Shown here piece after piece: positions 45,621 to 58,358 of a stretch of 64,000 nt of DNA (positions within the stretch are counted from its first letter, which is position 1; every line of letters starts with the position of its first letter). The DNA lies in NCBI RefSeq assembly GCF_009914755.1, contig NC_060933.1; one strand, written 5' to 3'. A model generated the notes under the pieces. It worked only from the letters and a program-made list of their open reading frames with translations. It was not told the DNA's origin and searched no databases. The stretch is from the human T2T-CHM13v2.0 reference genome, Homo sapiens. Position numbers and translations under genes: made by a program.

Positions 45621-48216
45621 CTACAGAAGCAATAAAAGAAAAACATACCCAAAATAAGTTTCAATTTTGAAAACATTATACACACACACGTGCACGCGCG
45701 CGCACACACACTCGATAAAAGAATAGGTCTAACATTGACTATAAAACCAACCAGGAAATACAAAGCCTAGCATTGGAAAATAACAGAATATTGATTGAAA
45801 ATATTATCCTTACAGTAGAAACTCCTATAAAACAGTAAGACTTCACTAAACGAAACTATACAAATAACAGCACAACAGTAGGATTTGAGTGCTGGTACTT
45901 TTTGGTAAAGTTTTGAAGCTGAATACACTTTTAAAAACAAAACCATTGAAAAAAAGGATGTATAACTGGTACAGCTTATGCAGTAAAGACAAAACTGAAT
46001 TCAAATTTGTAGACTCCTTTACAAAGAAAGGACTTAACCCTACATTCAAAGACTGGTGAATAAAGACACATTTATGTACTTTGTAGTAAAGTGAAATGCC
46101 ACAGCTTTAAAAAGAAAATCATTTGCACATCCTCTGAAGTTAGTAAAGCTAAGTTTCAGGCTTAGATAGTGGGCAATCACTCTACTTGTTAGTAGCAGTC
46201 TTAGCCAGAGAAGAAATTACTGGTTCTAAGAGTTTACAGAATAAAGATGACATATTTTTCAAGAAGCAATACATTTGGGAGGATCAAAATGGAGTAGTAT
46301 TAATGTAGTCAATAATTTTAAGAGGATGAGATCCTTTTCTAGTCAGATTTATTTATTTTTTAAAGCTAGTAGCAAAAGAAACAAATATATCAGCTGGCCA
46401 GAAGTAATTTGTCTGACTCAAATCAAAGAGCAAACTAAAAAGGCTATGCCATTTCTGTTTTCTTGAATAGAAAAAAGCTCTTAAGGAAAGAGAGAGATGT
46501 CAGGAACTATTACTGATGACAGTGTATAACCCAGTGAAAGCCTGGCCATCATTTCATTCCTATGCACAATTCCACATTTCCTTGTTCTCAGTCAAAAGCA
46601 GGAACCACTCAAAAACCATACGGAGCAGTTGCAGAAGAAAACAAAATTTTTTGTTAACATAGGTCTTACATTCTTTAGATATCTAACTTTAAGATAAACG
46701 GATAACATATTTAAAACTCACGAGTAAGTGGTCAAACAACTCTAACACTAGAGATGCAATTCCATGAATATAATAGAAAACATCTCTCTTGTCATTCGGT
46801 AACTTAGCAGAGAAGTAAGAACACCAAATGTCCTTCATATATACTAAGAGATGCTAAGAGAAATTCATAAACACTGCTGGCAAAGCAAGAAAAGGCAGAA
46901 GAACATGGTTTCTCAGATTAACAAAAAATGCCTTGAGAGCATGTCTGTTAGCTTTCTTTTTCATAACAAGGCAACTTTCATCTCAGAATAGGATACTCTG
47001 ATTAATCAAATACTTCCCATAATAAAATCACAATATATACTACATACAGGTCATAAATTTTCAAAAATCTGATCTATAAGATACTTTATCTAAAACTATA
47101 TAAAAAGTAATTTAATTCAGAAGGCTTTTTAAAACATTTCAGTCTCAAGATCCTCATCAAATATAAAATACACGTTTAACAACACTGAAAAGTTGGTCCT
47201 GATGGAATTCTATTTTATCAATTCTAAAAGGCGGGTTTTTCCACATACTACATTTCTGAAACTGGAATACATCTTTTATAATGGAGGTATCTTACCATAG
47301 GTCTAGACTAGAGGAGAATTTTCCCAGAGAAGATGTGCATCTGCTTCTGCTGTCATCTGGGAACACTATCAGCCCAACACCATCTGAATTAATCCTTTGT
47401 GGCAGGCCTTTGTGGACCACACTGGTGGTAAGGCTGCACACCCAAAGCTTAGGGCTTGTGGTTCAAATTCTCAGAGAAATGTTTTTTTCTTTCTCTATTT
47501 AGTGTCAAGGTTGAGACTTGCATGCTTCTTTATGGTCCCTTTTCTGGATGGTCAAGTTAATTTCTCATTTATCCCTAGGTGTACCAGCCTTGTGGGTTAG
47601 GTCTCCTACTAAACTCCCTGTCCTGAGTGTTTTTTCCTTCTTAGAGGTATATAATGTAATAGCACTTTTTAAAAATAATCTATGACATCTTAGATTCGAT
47701 GAAATATGGTACCTTAAATAAGCTTCTCAAGTCTATTGAGTAGGCTCCAGAACTTCTACACAACGACTCATTATACTGCAACCTCTTTTATTCTCTTTAG
47801 GATTTCCTCTTTAAACCGTTAGCTTTACATACTGCAGACCAAGAGCAATGTTGTACTGTATTTCTACAAAGAACTTAATTAACATGTACAGTAAAAAAGT
47901 CAGAAAATAAAATGTCTAGTTATAATTTATTTCTTCAAATTCCAAATACTTATAATGGCATATACATTTCTAGTTTAAAAAACAAACTTTTAGCTTTTTC
48001 CTCAAAGTATCTGAAATCCTAAAATGTAGAAAGCCAAGTTAGTTTTTAGAGAAGACATACATGATTTGACTCCCAGGACAAAAAAGTAAACTCTGTACTA
48101 CTTAGTTATAACATTTCTACTTAAAACGGCAACTCAAAGTACTGTAAAAACAAAACAAAAAAGACCAACAGTAATAATTCTACTTAGACCTAGAATAGCC
48201 AAAAAAAAGTAGTCAT

Positions 48217-48462
48217 TTTTTTTTTTAGACATAATCTTGCTCTGTCACCCAGGCTAGAGTGCAGTGGCACAATCTCAGCTCACTGCAACCTCCACTTCCT
48301 GGGTTCAAGTGATTCTTGTGCCTCAGCCTCCTGAGTAGCTGGGATTACAGGTTCCTGCCACCACGCCTGGCTAATTTTTTTATTTTTTATTAGAGACAGG
48401 GTTTCACCATCTTGACCAAGCTGGTCTGGAACTCCTGACCTCGTGATCCACCACGCCTGGCC
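48217..48462 (-). mobile_element. AluS with left-arm deletion
   Basis: ctcgtgatccacc joined directly to acgcctggcc. Confidence 0.85.
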
Positions 48463-49635
48463 TTACGTAGTCATCTTTTTAACAAGTCATTACAAATTCT
48501 AATTTGATTTTGTGTCTCATAGGTCCAAATGATTCTGCATTTTAATATTTCATTCAGTACAGGGCACAAAACTGAAATTCAATAAGCTATGAGACAAATA
48601 ATTCCGTATCAGAGAAGCATATAATTTTCCCTTAAATATTAAAATCCTGATAATTGATTTCATTCTAAAAATTTAACAATGTCCAATAGCAATACATTCA
48701 AGGGGGAAGATGCCAAGTACACTGTAATGCAAGAGTAAAAGAAGGATATGAGAAAAATGACCTTAAAATTATTCAAAGACATGTTTTAAGAAAATCCTAC
48801 AACCCAGAACTGAAAAAAAGCCATTTCACTTGACCAGGTTGACATTACCTACTTAGCACAAAGAAACTTTTAAGGTGTTCTGGTTTACATCCACTTGTAG
48901 GAAAGGCTACCCATTGATAATAGCTTACATTTATTAAGCATGTATCTCCTTGTTTAATATCTATAACTACCCTGTAAGATAATAACATTATATTATTTCA
49001 TAGGTGATAAAACTGAAGCTTAGAGGTGTCAAGAAACTTGACCACAGTCATTCAGCTTCTGAGATAAGAGTGGCAATACCAATCTATTATCAGCTGGTCA
49101 TTACCAGTATTTGTTGGACATTTACTATTACTGCCTCAGCTGCTATCAGGTTTTGGGGAAGCAAGAATGTTAAGGTTCAATAGAGGAAGATGGATATAAA
49201 ACTCAGTACAAAACAGTTTTATGAGAACTCCACAAAGGGCTTAGGGGGGCACAAAAGAGAGGAATGGGTAGAAAAGCAATGCGTTAGTTGACTTATACAA
49301 ATAAACTAGTGAATGCTTCTTTAAATAAAGAGCATCCAAAATTTATTTCCTGGTCAATATACTTTCTCTGGTTTTTATTCATGAAAATGTTTTGATGTAT
49401 AGAATATGTGTCCGATTTCAGAGTATGTAAACCCCGCCCCCCTACATTTATAGCACACATTTATGCTTATACACAACACAAGCATAAAACCGAAGTTACC
49501 TTGTCGCATCATTACTGTTTCAATGTAGTTGGGACAGGAAGGTTTACGTTAAACACAAAATGTTCCTCACATGTCACTTGACTTGAACTGTTCCCATCAG
49601 CAAGAAAAATTACTGCAAGAATGAAAGGAGTTCAC

Positions 49636-49715
49636 TTTTCTCTGTGACTGTTCCAAAGAAGCGGAAGAGCATTTTAAGTTTCTCCGGTTTCCTTGATGAA
49701 TGTCCCTCAAACAAC
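49636..49715 (-). pseudogene. PARG: PARG exon duplicate ([26 protein letters not shown])
   Basis: 80 nt; gtcctttag|G ... A|gtgaac; matches recalled PARG [26 protein letters not shown] at 20/26 residues; splices in frame to the 45560-45620 exon. Confidence 0.9.
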
Positions 49716-50233
49716 CTAAAGGACTTAAAAAATAAGAGAATGGAAGATGAGTTAAAATGCCTTAATGATTCAGAAAGCTACATCCATATTGCTACCAAGT
49801 AACAAAAAGAAATAATTGTTCCAGAAGACAATTCTGTAATGATAAGAACTAGAAAATTGGTTTAGATTCAAATGGCATCTGGAGAGAACCGAAATCAACT
49901 AGAACCAGCCTTCTTTAAAGCTGTTCAAATCAGACAGCATTTGCTACCAACCACATTTCTCCAACCTATCTTCCACCACAGAGAAGGCACCATCTAGCCC
50001 TCCCAGTCAATTGGGGTCAGTCAGTGCACAGCTACTTTCTCAATGGCTAATAACATTTATAATTCATAATGTTACTACGTAGTTTGATAAGTAACAATAA
50101 CAGAATCTGAAAAAAAAATCCTTATCTGAGTGTTTTTGAGGAAATGAGAGTGGAGGGGAATGGGGGAAGGACACAGGCAGGTATAACAAGATATCAGGGC
50201 TCAACAATCCTTGTTAATTAAACTAGTTTCTTT

Positions 50234-50587
50234 TATGGACTGAATGTTTGTGCCCTCTCAAAATGTATATGTTGAATCTTTAATCCCTAATATAGCTAAA
50301 TTTGGAGACAGGGCCTGTGAGGAGGTACTAACAGTTAAATGAGGTCATGGGGTGGGACTCTAATCTGATAGAACTGGTGTCGTTTTAAGACAAGGTGAGA
50401 CTACAGTACTCTCCCCTTTGCCATGTGAGGACAAGATGCCAGCCAAACTATAAGCCAGGAAGAAAGCCCTCATCAGGAACCAAAGCAGCAGCACCCTGAT
50501 CTACAGCTTCTAGCCTCCAGAACCATGAGAAAATTAAGCCACCCAGTTCTATGGTATTTTATTATGGCAGCCCAAGCTGACTAATAG
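50234..50587 (+). mobile_element. MLT1A/MST (MaLR) solo LTR
   Basis: tatggactgaatgtttgtgccc ... ggtattttattatggcagcccaagctgactaa. Confidence 0.8.
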
Positions 50588-52565
50588 AGATCCTTTGCAC
50601 GGTAACCAAAACAGTGCCTACCCTGTGTCATCTAGTTTTCAGCAACCCGGACTTGGATTACTTAATTCAGTTTCCTTTGAAATGATGTGGCATTGTTATT
50701 GGTAACATGTAATTCAGTTTATTCTGAGGAAAGAAAAGCAGGGCTTTAAAAGCATTATGACCTGAGTAAGTAGTTCACTAAAAAATTTGTAACACAAAAG
50801 CATGCTTTTGAGTATGAGATCTAGCTTTCCAAAGGCATTTTGAAATTATAGAGACTCAGTGGCTATGAATGATGAGGTACTCTTCATCTGCCTGTAGCCA
50901 TGTGCTCTGACTTTAAAACCAGAGACCCTTCAAGTAAAGTCCACGTTAGTAAGTGCTGAAATGGGTAATTATTTTTCATGATCACAACAGCAAGCTTATG
51001 TAACTACGCTGAGAGGGAAAAGTTAATTCCATGAGAAAATCCTATTGAGCGACTGAAATAAATTAGGAAAAGGAAAGGAAATGCAGATTTCAAATGGTTC
51101 CGTTTTCAACGATCTGAAATCTGTATTCAAGGCCAATTTCTGGAAAAACAATTTATGTGAATATTTATTTCCTAGAAAGAATACTAATGTAGGCTAGTAT
51201 TTTAACCAAATCTAAAATCAGATCTCTTTTTTAAAAGTTTAAGACAGCCTGTGTGATAATTTTTATTTATTTAAAAGAATCTGTCTTCTAAAATATTTAA
51301 TACACATACTCTTATAATCCAGTTGCTAGTTGAAACAGGGTACAGGTTAAATAAGATAGTATTTCTAAATGGATTCTGAACGGATTAAAACTCAATAAAA
51401 TGGACATTTTATTGAGTGAATGGAGAGATCTAATCCATCTGGCAAGTCAGTTAAGAGAGCTTCTGCTGCCATTTTTATTGACATGTAATAGTGTAATAAG
51501 CTCACATGTAATACTGTAAAGCTCTGTAAAAAAATTTTAACCTAGCCTATTTGTTTAAAGGAGATGTTAACAATTCATGCTCCCTTGAACCACTTCATTT
51601 TTGCTTTTAGGACAGGACTGTTCATTAACACACACAATCAATTACTAAACACAATTACTGAAATAAATATTATCAAGCAGTAACCAAAAAATTCAACGTA
51701 AGGCTATCATACCCAAACTCCAATATCCAGAAGCCAATTTAAGTAACCCATGCCTCCTTGGCAAAAGTGTATGGATATTACCTTTTCCTTGTGATAGTAA
51801 AACCTATCCATTTTCTTACATCACCCAAGTATCAGCTTTTACGCTTCTACAAATAAAGCAGACAATGAACATACTGTGTAGAAATCTTGAGCCCTTAATT
51901 AAAAGGTACTCACAGAGTTGTATCTAAATCATTGGCTACAATGATCTAAAACACACACACAGTTATAGCTAGGTCATTTGCTACAGTGATCTAAACCACT
52001 TCATTTACATCTTAGTATTAATCACAGGACAAAAACGCTAATATTTTCAGAACTACAGCCAGTGTTGCTATCTGGCACAGGCAACGTGTCTTCAAAACCC
52101 CATGATACTATGTGTTTGCCCCCAAGTAAATAGGAGGGAGATCCAGGAGCCCCTTCCAAAAGCAACAGCTTAGAGGAGAGAAGGAAAATCAAAGATACTG
52201 AGACGATTCATTTTAGCCAAAAGCGAACCTGCCACCCCAAAGAGCAAAAAACAAAATCTGAAAACTAAGATGTATGTTATTATATGTTATTCACAGAACT
52301 TATTTGCAATATTTTTAAAGAAAAAATTACAAAACCGTGTTTCTCAAAATGTTACAATAAAATTTTATGTGTGTAAAGTCTATCTATTTTACGTGTACAT
52401 TTGTGTGTGTGTAAAAGAGAGGGGATTATGAATAAGGAAGCGTATGTACCAAAACATTAGAAGTAGTTATCCTTGGGTAATGAGATTATGATTTTCACTT
52501 TCCTCTTTATACCTTAATATATCATCTCCAAATTTACAATCAGAATTCATTATAAAGCTATTGCA

Positions 52566-52712
52566 TTTTTATTTATTTATTTATTTTGTGAGACATGGTC
52601 TCACTCTGTCACCCAGGCTGGAGAGTGCAGTGGCGCAATTTCAGCTCACTGCAACCTCGGCCTCCCAGGCTCAAGTGGTCCTCCCACCTGAGCCTCCTGA
52701 GTAGCTGAGACC
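52566..52712 (-). mobile_element. AluJ right arm, truncated against L1
   Basis: Ends at gagtagctgagacc, then L1 sequence begins. Confidence 0.82.
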
Positions 52713-55700
52713 AATCAAAGTTAAGTTTTCTTCGGTTTAAAGTAACTTGTTATAATTATGTTGTTTAGCCTCATGGTAACCAGAAAACAAAAATCAACAG
52801 ACACTCTAAACATAAAAAGCAAGGAATTAAAACACTACCAGAAAAAATTACTTCACTACAAATAAAGACAGGAAGAAAGGCAAAGAGGAAAGAGAAGAAA
52901 TAAAAAGAGATCAGAAAGAAAAGAGGAAGGGAGAAAGAACAAAAGAAAAAGTAGCAAAACAATCAAGAAAGTAAAAAATGGCAGTAGTATGTTTTTATCT
53001 ATAATAATCTTGAATGTAAATTAAATTAAGACAGAGTGGCTGAATGGATTAAAAGACCCAATTATGTCCTGCCTACAAGGAACTCAGTTCACCTATAAAG
53101 ACATACACAGACAAAGTCAAGGGATGATAAGAGATCTTCCATACAAACGGAAACAAAAAAAGCAGGAGTAGCTATACTTAGATAAAATAGCCTTTAACTC
53201 AAAAAAAGAAAAAATAAAGATAATTATATAATGAGAAACAAGTAAACAGCCGTTAAGTGCATATGCAACCAACACTCAAGCACCTAAATATAGATGCAAA
53301 TATTAACAGGCTTTAAAGGACAGAGGGACTGCAATACAATAATAGAGTACCTCAACACTCCACCGTAATCAACACCCCACTATCGCGAACGGACAGATCA
53401 TCCAGACAACAAAACATCATCAGTTAAACTGTACTCTATACAGAATGGACCTAACAGACATTTACACAGCTTTTCACTGTGCAACTGCACAATGCTCATT
53501 CTACTGAGTGGCACATCGATTATTCTACAGGGCAGACTGTGTTAGGCCAAAAAACAAGTCACAACACTTTTTTTTTTTTTGAGGTGGAGTCTCTCTCTGT
53601 CTCCCAGGCTGGAGTGCAGTGGCACTATCTCGGCTCACTGCAAGCTCCGCCTCCCGGGTTGACGCCATTCTCCTGCTTCAGCCTCCGGAGGAGCCGGCCA
53701 CCACGCCCGGCTAATTTTTTGTATTTTTAGTAGAGACGGAGTTTCACCGTGTTAGCCAGGATGGTCTCGATCTCCTGACCTCGTGATCCCGCCTCGGTCA
53801 CCCAACACATTTTTAAAAACTGAATTCATATCAAGTATCTTTTCTGACCACAGTCGAATAGTATTAGAAATCAGTAACAGATAGAACTTTAAAAACTGTA
53901 CAAATACATGGAAATTAAAATACACGCTCATGAACAACCAATAAAAGAAATGAAAAAAATACAAGGGAAATTAAATATTTATTGAAACAAGTAAGAATAG
54001 AAACACAACATAAATCCTGTGGGATGCACCAAAGGCAATTCTAAGAGGAAAAGTGTATAGTTATAAATGCCTGCATCAGAAAAGTAGGAAGATCTCAAAT
54101 AGCCTGACAGTACACCTCCAGTAATGAGAAAAACAAGAACAATCAAATGCTAGAATTCGCAGAAAAAATACCATAAAGATTAGAGAAGAAATTTTAAAAA
54201 TAGAAACAAAAAATACAAAAAGTCAATGAAACAAAAGCTGGAGTATTTTAAAAAAAAATCAAAATTGACGAGTTTTAACTAGATGAACTTAGATAAAAAG
54301 AAAACAAAGTCATAAAGAAGGCATTACAACTGGTAACCCAGAAATACGAAGCATTAAAAGATTACTAAAAACATCACAAACAAATTGAAAAATCTGGAAG
54401 TGAATACATTTCTAGACACATAACGAATTCCCAAGATAGAATGATAAAAAATAAAAATAACCTGAACAGACCAATAATGAGGAATGCAATAAAGCAGTCA
54501 TAAAAAGTCTCCTGGCAAAGAAAAACACAAGAATCATGGTTTTCCTGCTGAATTACCAAACATTTTTAAAATAGCTAATATCTATTTTACTCAAAATATT
54601 CCCCATAAAATGAAGAGGAAGAAAGGCTTCAAAACTTGTTCTATGAGGACAGCATGACCCTGGTACAAAAACCAGACCAGAACACAACACAAAAAGGAAA
54701 CCACAGGCAAATATCCCTCATGAACAGAGGTGTAAGAAATCCTCAGCAAAATACTTGAAAATTGCATTTGACAATGCAATAAAAAGATCATCTGCCATGA
54801 TCAAGTGGATTTCATTCAACCCAGGAATATGAGGATGATTCAATAAACACAAATAAATATGCAACATCACATTCAGCAAATCAACAACAAAAACCATATA
54901 ATCATTTCAGTAGACGCTGAAAAAAATAAAAGTCAACATTCCTTCATGATAAAAACTCAACAACATGAGTACAGAAGACACATATCTCAGTGCAATAAAG
55001 GCCATATATGACAAACCCACAGCTAACATAATCAATAAGGAAAAGTTAAAAGCTCTTCTCCTCTAAGATCTGGAACAAGTGTGGCTACTTTTACACCACT
55101 TTTGTTCATCATAATACTGGAAGTCCTAGCTAGAGCAATTAGGAGAATGCAATAAAAGGCATCCAAATTGGAAAAAAGGAGTCAAATTGTCTGTTTCCAG
55201 GTGACATGAACATATATAGAGAGAACCCTAAAGATTCCACAAAAAACCTACTAGAAATAATAAATTAGTCAAGTTCCAAGATACAGTATCAAAATATAAA
55301 AATGAATACTACACCCATGCACCAATAGTGAAATATCTAAGAAAGAAATCGAGAAAGCTATTTCATTACCAAAAAAATGATATCTAGGAATAAACTTAAC
55401 CAAAAAGGCAAGAGATCCCAAAATGAAAACTTCATAAAACATAGATGAAAGATACTAAAGCAGACACAAGTAAATGGAAAGATATCCCATCTCTATGCAC
55501 TAGAAGAATGTTAAAATATGTGTATCACCCAATGTGATCTACAGAATCAATGCAATCCGTGTTCAATTACAAGACATTCTTCATTGAAATAGAAAAATAA
55601 TCTCAAAATTCACATGGAAGTTCAAAATACCTCAGATAGACAAAAGAATCTGGAATAAAAAGAAAAGCTGGAGGCATCACACTACCTGATTTCAAAATAT

Positions 55701-56314
55701 ACTACAAATTTATAGTAAGGATGGTACTATCAAAACAGTATGGTACTCTCAATAAAAGGGGCGGGGGAGAGACAAGAGAGATGAACGAATGAGACAGACA
55801 GACATAGACAAGTGAAACAGAATAGAGAAATCATAAATAAATTCACGCGTTTACGGTCAATTCATTTTTAACAAAGGCCCCAAGAACACACCTTCGGGAA
55901 GGACAATCTCTTCAATAAACTGTACTAGGAAAACCCAACACCCACATGTACAAGAATACATCTAGGCCATTACCTTACCATATACAAAAATCTACTCAAA
56001 ATAAAGATTTAAATACAGGACCTGAAACTATGAAACTACCAGAGAAGAAAACATAGGATAAATGCTTCATGAAATTGGTTAGGACAAGGAATTTTCAAAT
56101 AGACATCAAAAGCACAAGCAACAAAAGCAAAGATGTAATTACATTAAACTTAAAACCTTTTCCAAAGCAGAGGAAGCAATCAGCATAATGAAGACAGAAC
56201 CCGAGAATGGAAGAAAGTCTTTGCAGCTATGCATCAGGCAAGAGGTTAATACACAAAATATCTAAAGAACTCAAACTACTCAAAAGTGAAAATACAAATA
56301 ATCTTATTTTTAAA
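52713..56314 (+). mobile_element. Old degenerate L1 (L1M/L1MA-type) spanning endonuclease to late ORF2
   Basis: L1 motifs: gagtggctgaatggatt, gcaggagtagctatactta, gacaaacccacagctaacat, ctggaggcatcacactacctga; many frameshifts. Confidence 0.85.
53568..53797 (-). mobile_element. AluY, 5'-truncated with internal deletion, inserted in L1
   Basis: caagctccgcctcccggg, gttagccaggatggtctcgatc; caacac(a)tttt on both flanks. Confidence 0.88.
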
Positions 56315-57550
56315 AATCTACCCAAAACTTTTGTCCCCCACCATTTCCCCACCTTCTTTTCCCGACCGCATTTCGCCCTCTCCCTCTCACCACCCTTTCT
56401 CTTCCTCCATCTACCCCCAAACGTTTTCACCGTTTTCTCCCCACCATCATTTCGTTTTCTCCCCGCCCCGCCCCCGTCATTTCGCAAAGCCTTCTCTATT
56501 CTCCCGCTCACCACGCTTTTCCCCAACCATCTACCCAAACACTTTCTCCCGTTTTTTCCCACCGTGTTTTCCCCCTTCTCCCTGGCCACCCTCTTTTTTC
56601 CCCCTCCTGCTGTCATCATGCCCTTTTCCTCCTCCATCTAAGCAAAAACATTTTCCCCCCGTCTTTTCCCAAAGCCTTTTCCCTACTCCTGCTGCTCACC
56701 ACCCTCTTTTCCCCCTTTATCTACCCAAAAACTGTTTTCCTCATTGTCTTTCCTCCTGCTCCTCCTTGCCACTCTTTCCCTTCTCCATCTACCCAAAAAC
56801 ATTTCCCCACCATCTTTTCTCAAAGCCTTCTCCCCAATCCTGCTCACCTCTCTCTTCCCCCCATCTACCCCCCAAAATTTCCCCATCTTTTCACAAAGTC
56901 TGCCCCCTCTTCCCACTCGTCCTCTTCTCTCCCCTATCCTGCTTGCCACCCTTTTTTTTGCCCTGCATCTATCCCAAACTATTTTCCCGTCTTTTTCCCA
57001 CCCTTCTTTCCCTGCTCCCTTCTCGCCACCCTCCTTTCTCCTCCTCGTCACCCTCTTTCCCTCCTCCATCTACCCAAACACGTTTTACCTACCGTCTTTT
57101 CACCACCATCTTTCTTTTCTGCCACTGTTTTTTCGCAAAACCTTGTCTTCCTCCCGCTAGTTACCCTCTTTTTCCTTCTCCCACTTGCTATCTTCTTCTG
57201 CTCCTCTATCTACCCAAAAACTTCTCTCCCCACTGTCTTTTCACAAAACCCTCTCTCCCTACTGCTAGCCCATTTCCCCCACCTCACCACTCTCTCCTCT
57301 CCCCAATTGCCACCATCTTTTCCCCCTTCATCCACCCATAAACTTTCTATCCACCGTCTTTCTGCAAAACCTTCCCTCACTCCCGCTCCACACCCTGTCT
57401 TTCCACCTCCATCTACCCAAAACCTTTTTTCCCCACCATCTTTTCCCCATCGTCTTTTTGCAACGCCTTCTCCTCCTCGCTATCCTTTTTTCCCTTTGGC
57501 AATAACCAGACTCTTTACCCACCCCTCTATCTATCCCAAAACTATTTTCC
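56315..57550. repeat. CT-rich degenerate tandem array, ~13 units anchored on (c)atctacccaaaaac
   Basis: Anchors near 56317, 56409, 56529, 56635, 56719, 56786, 56862, 56966, 57067, 57208, 57328, 57410, 57529; plus strand is nearly G-free. Confidence 0.85.
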
Positions 57551-57557
57551 TCTTCCT

Positions 57558-57700
57558 ACCCCTCCAGCCGCGCTGCAATCGCAATCTCCACTGCCACCAC
57601 CAACCATAGTGAGGCGAGCTGCGCCGCTGTGCCGTGTCTCAAGCCTCCAGCATATGGCCGGTGACTCCTTTTCCTGGTCCTCTAAGCTGGGCACTGAGCA
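57558..57700 (-). repeat. ACRO1-like satellite unit (left arm)
   Basis: Reverse complement aligns to 58140-58275 (atgctggaggct..cctc.ct...g.tggtggtg.ca...gaga); ACRO1 name from recall. Confidence 0.55.
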
Positions 57701-57751
57701 GCTCAACAGTAAAACACCGAACCCTAAAAAAAAAAAAACCGTAACACCTTT

Positions 57752-57954
57752 TCAGCATCATTTATATACGGAGGTTATGCGCATGCCGGTTCCTAGACTT
57801 CATGTTCTGATTGCATGAGAGCAAGTCTTAAGATAACCAATCACAGCATGAAAATAAAGTCCAATCAGAGTAGGCCTAGAGGTTTTTCTCTCATCCAATC
57901 AGAACATGTAGTCCAGGATCCGTAACTTCAGTATATAAAGCATGCTGAGGAAGT
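57752..57954. promoter_or_regulatory. Candidate symmetric bidirectional TATA/CCAAT promoter
   Basis: TATATAAA on minus (57761-57768) and plus (57932-57939); CCAAT at 57837, 57861, 57895; NRF1-like tgcgcatgc at 57778; ETS-like ggaagt at 57949. Activity not shown. Confidence 0.6.
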
Positions 57955-58042
57955 GGTGCGTCATTTTTGGGTCTTCTGTGTCGGTGTGCTCAGCTGCTAG
58001 GTACCTGGGTTAGAGAACTAGAAGGGTCCATTAGTTTTCACC

Positions 58043-58275
58043 CGCTGGAGCCTGGAGCCTGGAGCCTGGGGCGCTGCCTCCCTGTTGGTGGTGTTGGTGA
58101 CGGAGCGGTAGGAGGGAGGCTAGCAGCGGGAGCTTCTCCTGCCGGGCTGGAAGACGAGGAGAAGGAAGAGACACCGCTGCATGCTGGAGGCTGGAGCCAG
58201 AGCCTACGCCTCCGTGGCTTACCTCGCTGCAGCTGGTGGTGACATCAGAGACCACAGCTCGGCTACAGTGGTAGC
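58043..58275 (+). repeat. ACRO1-like satellite, ~1.5 units (right arm)
   Basis: gctggag motif recurs at ~140-160 bp period, consistent with the 147-bp ACRO1 unit; name from recall. Confidence 0.55.
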
Positions 58276-58280
58276 AATGT

Positions 58281-58358
58281 GGTTGCAGTGAGCCAAGATT
58301 GCATCACTGCTCTGCAGCCTGGCGACAGAGCAAGACACCATCTTAAAAAAAAAAAAAT
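58281..58358 (+). mobile_element. Alu 3' fragment
   Basis: ggttgcagtgagccaagatt...(A)14 directly after the ACRO1-like unit. Confidence 0.85.

Noticed and set aside
56207-57609. 351-aa ORF and overlapping ORFs rich in P/S/F/L or G/R/K/E
   Set aside because: Produced by the CT-rich array, which rarely forms stop codons; low complexity, no domain, non-ATG start for the longest.
56315-58275. Repeat-spacer pattern as a CRISPR-like array or prokaryotic system
   Set aside because: Repeats are degenerate, the intervening segments are related to each other, no cas genes are present, and the context is primate DNA.
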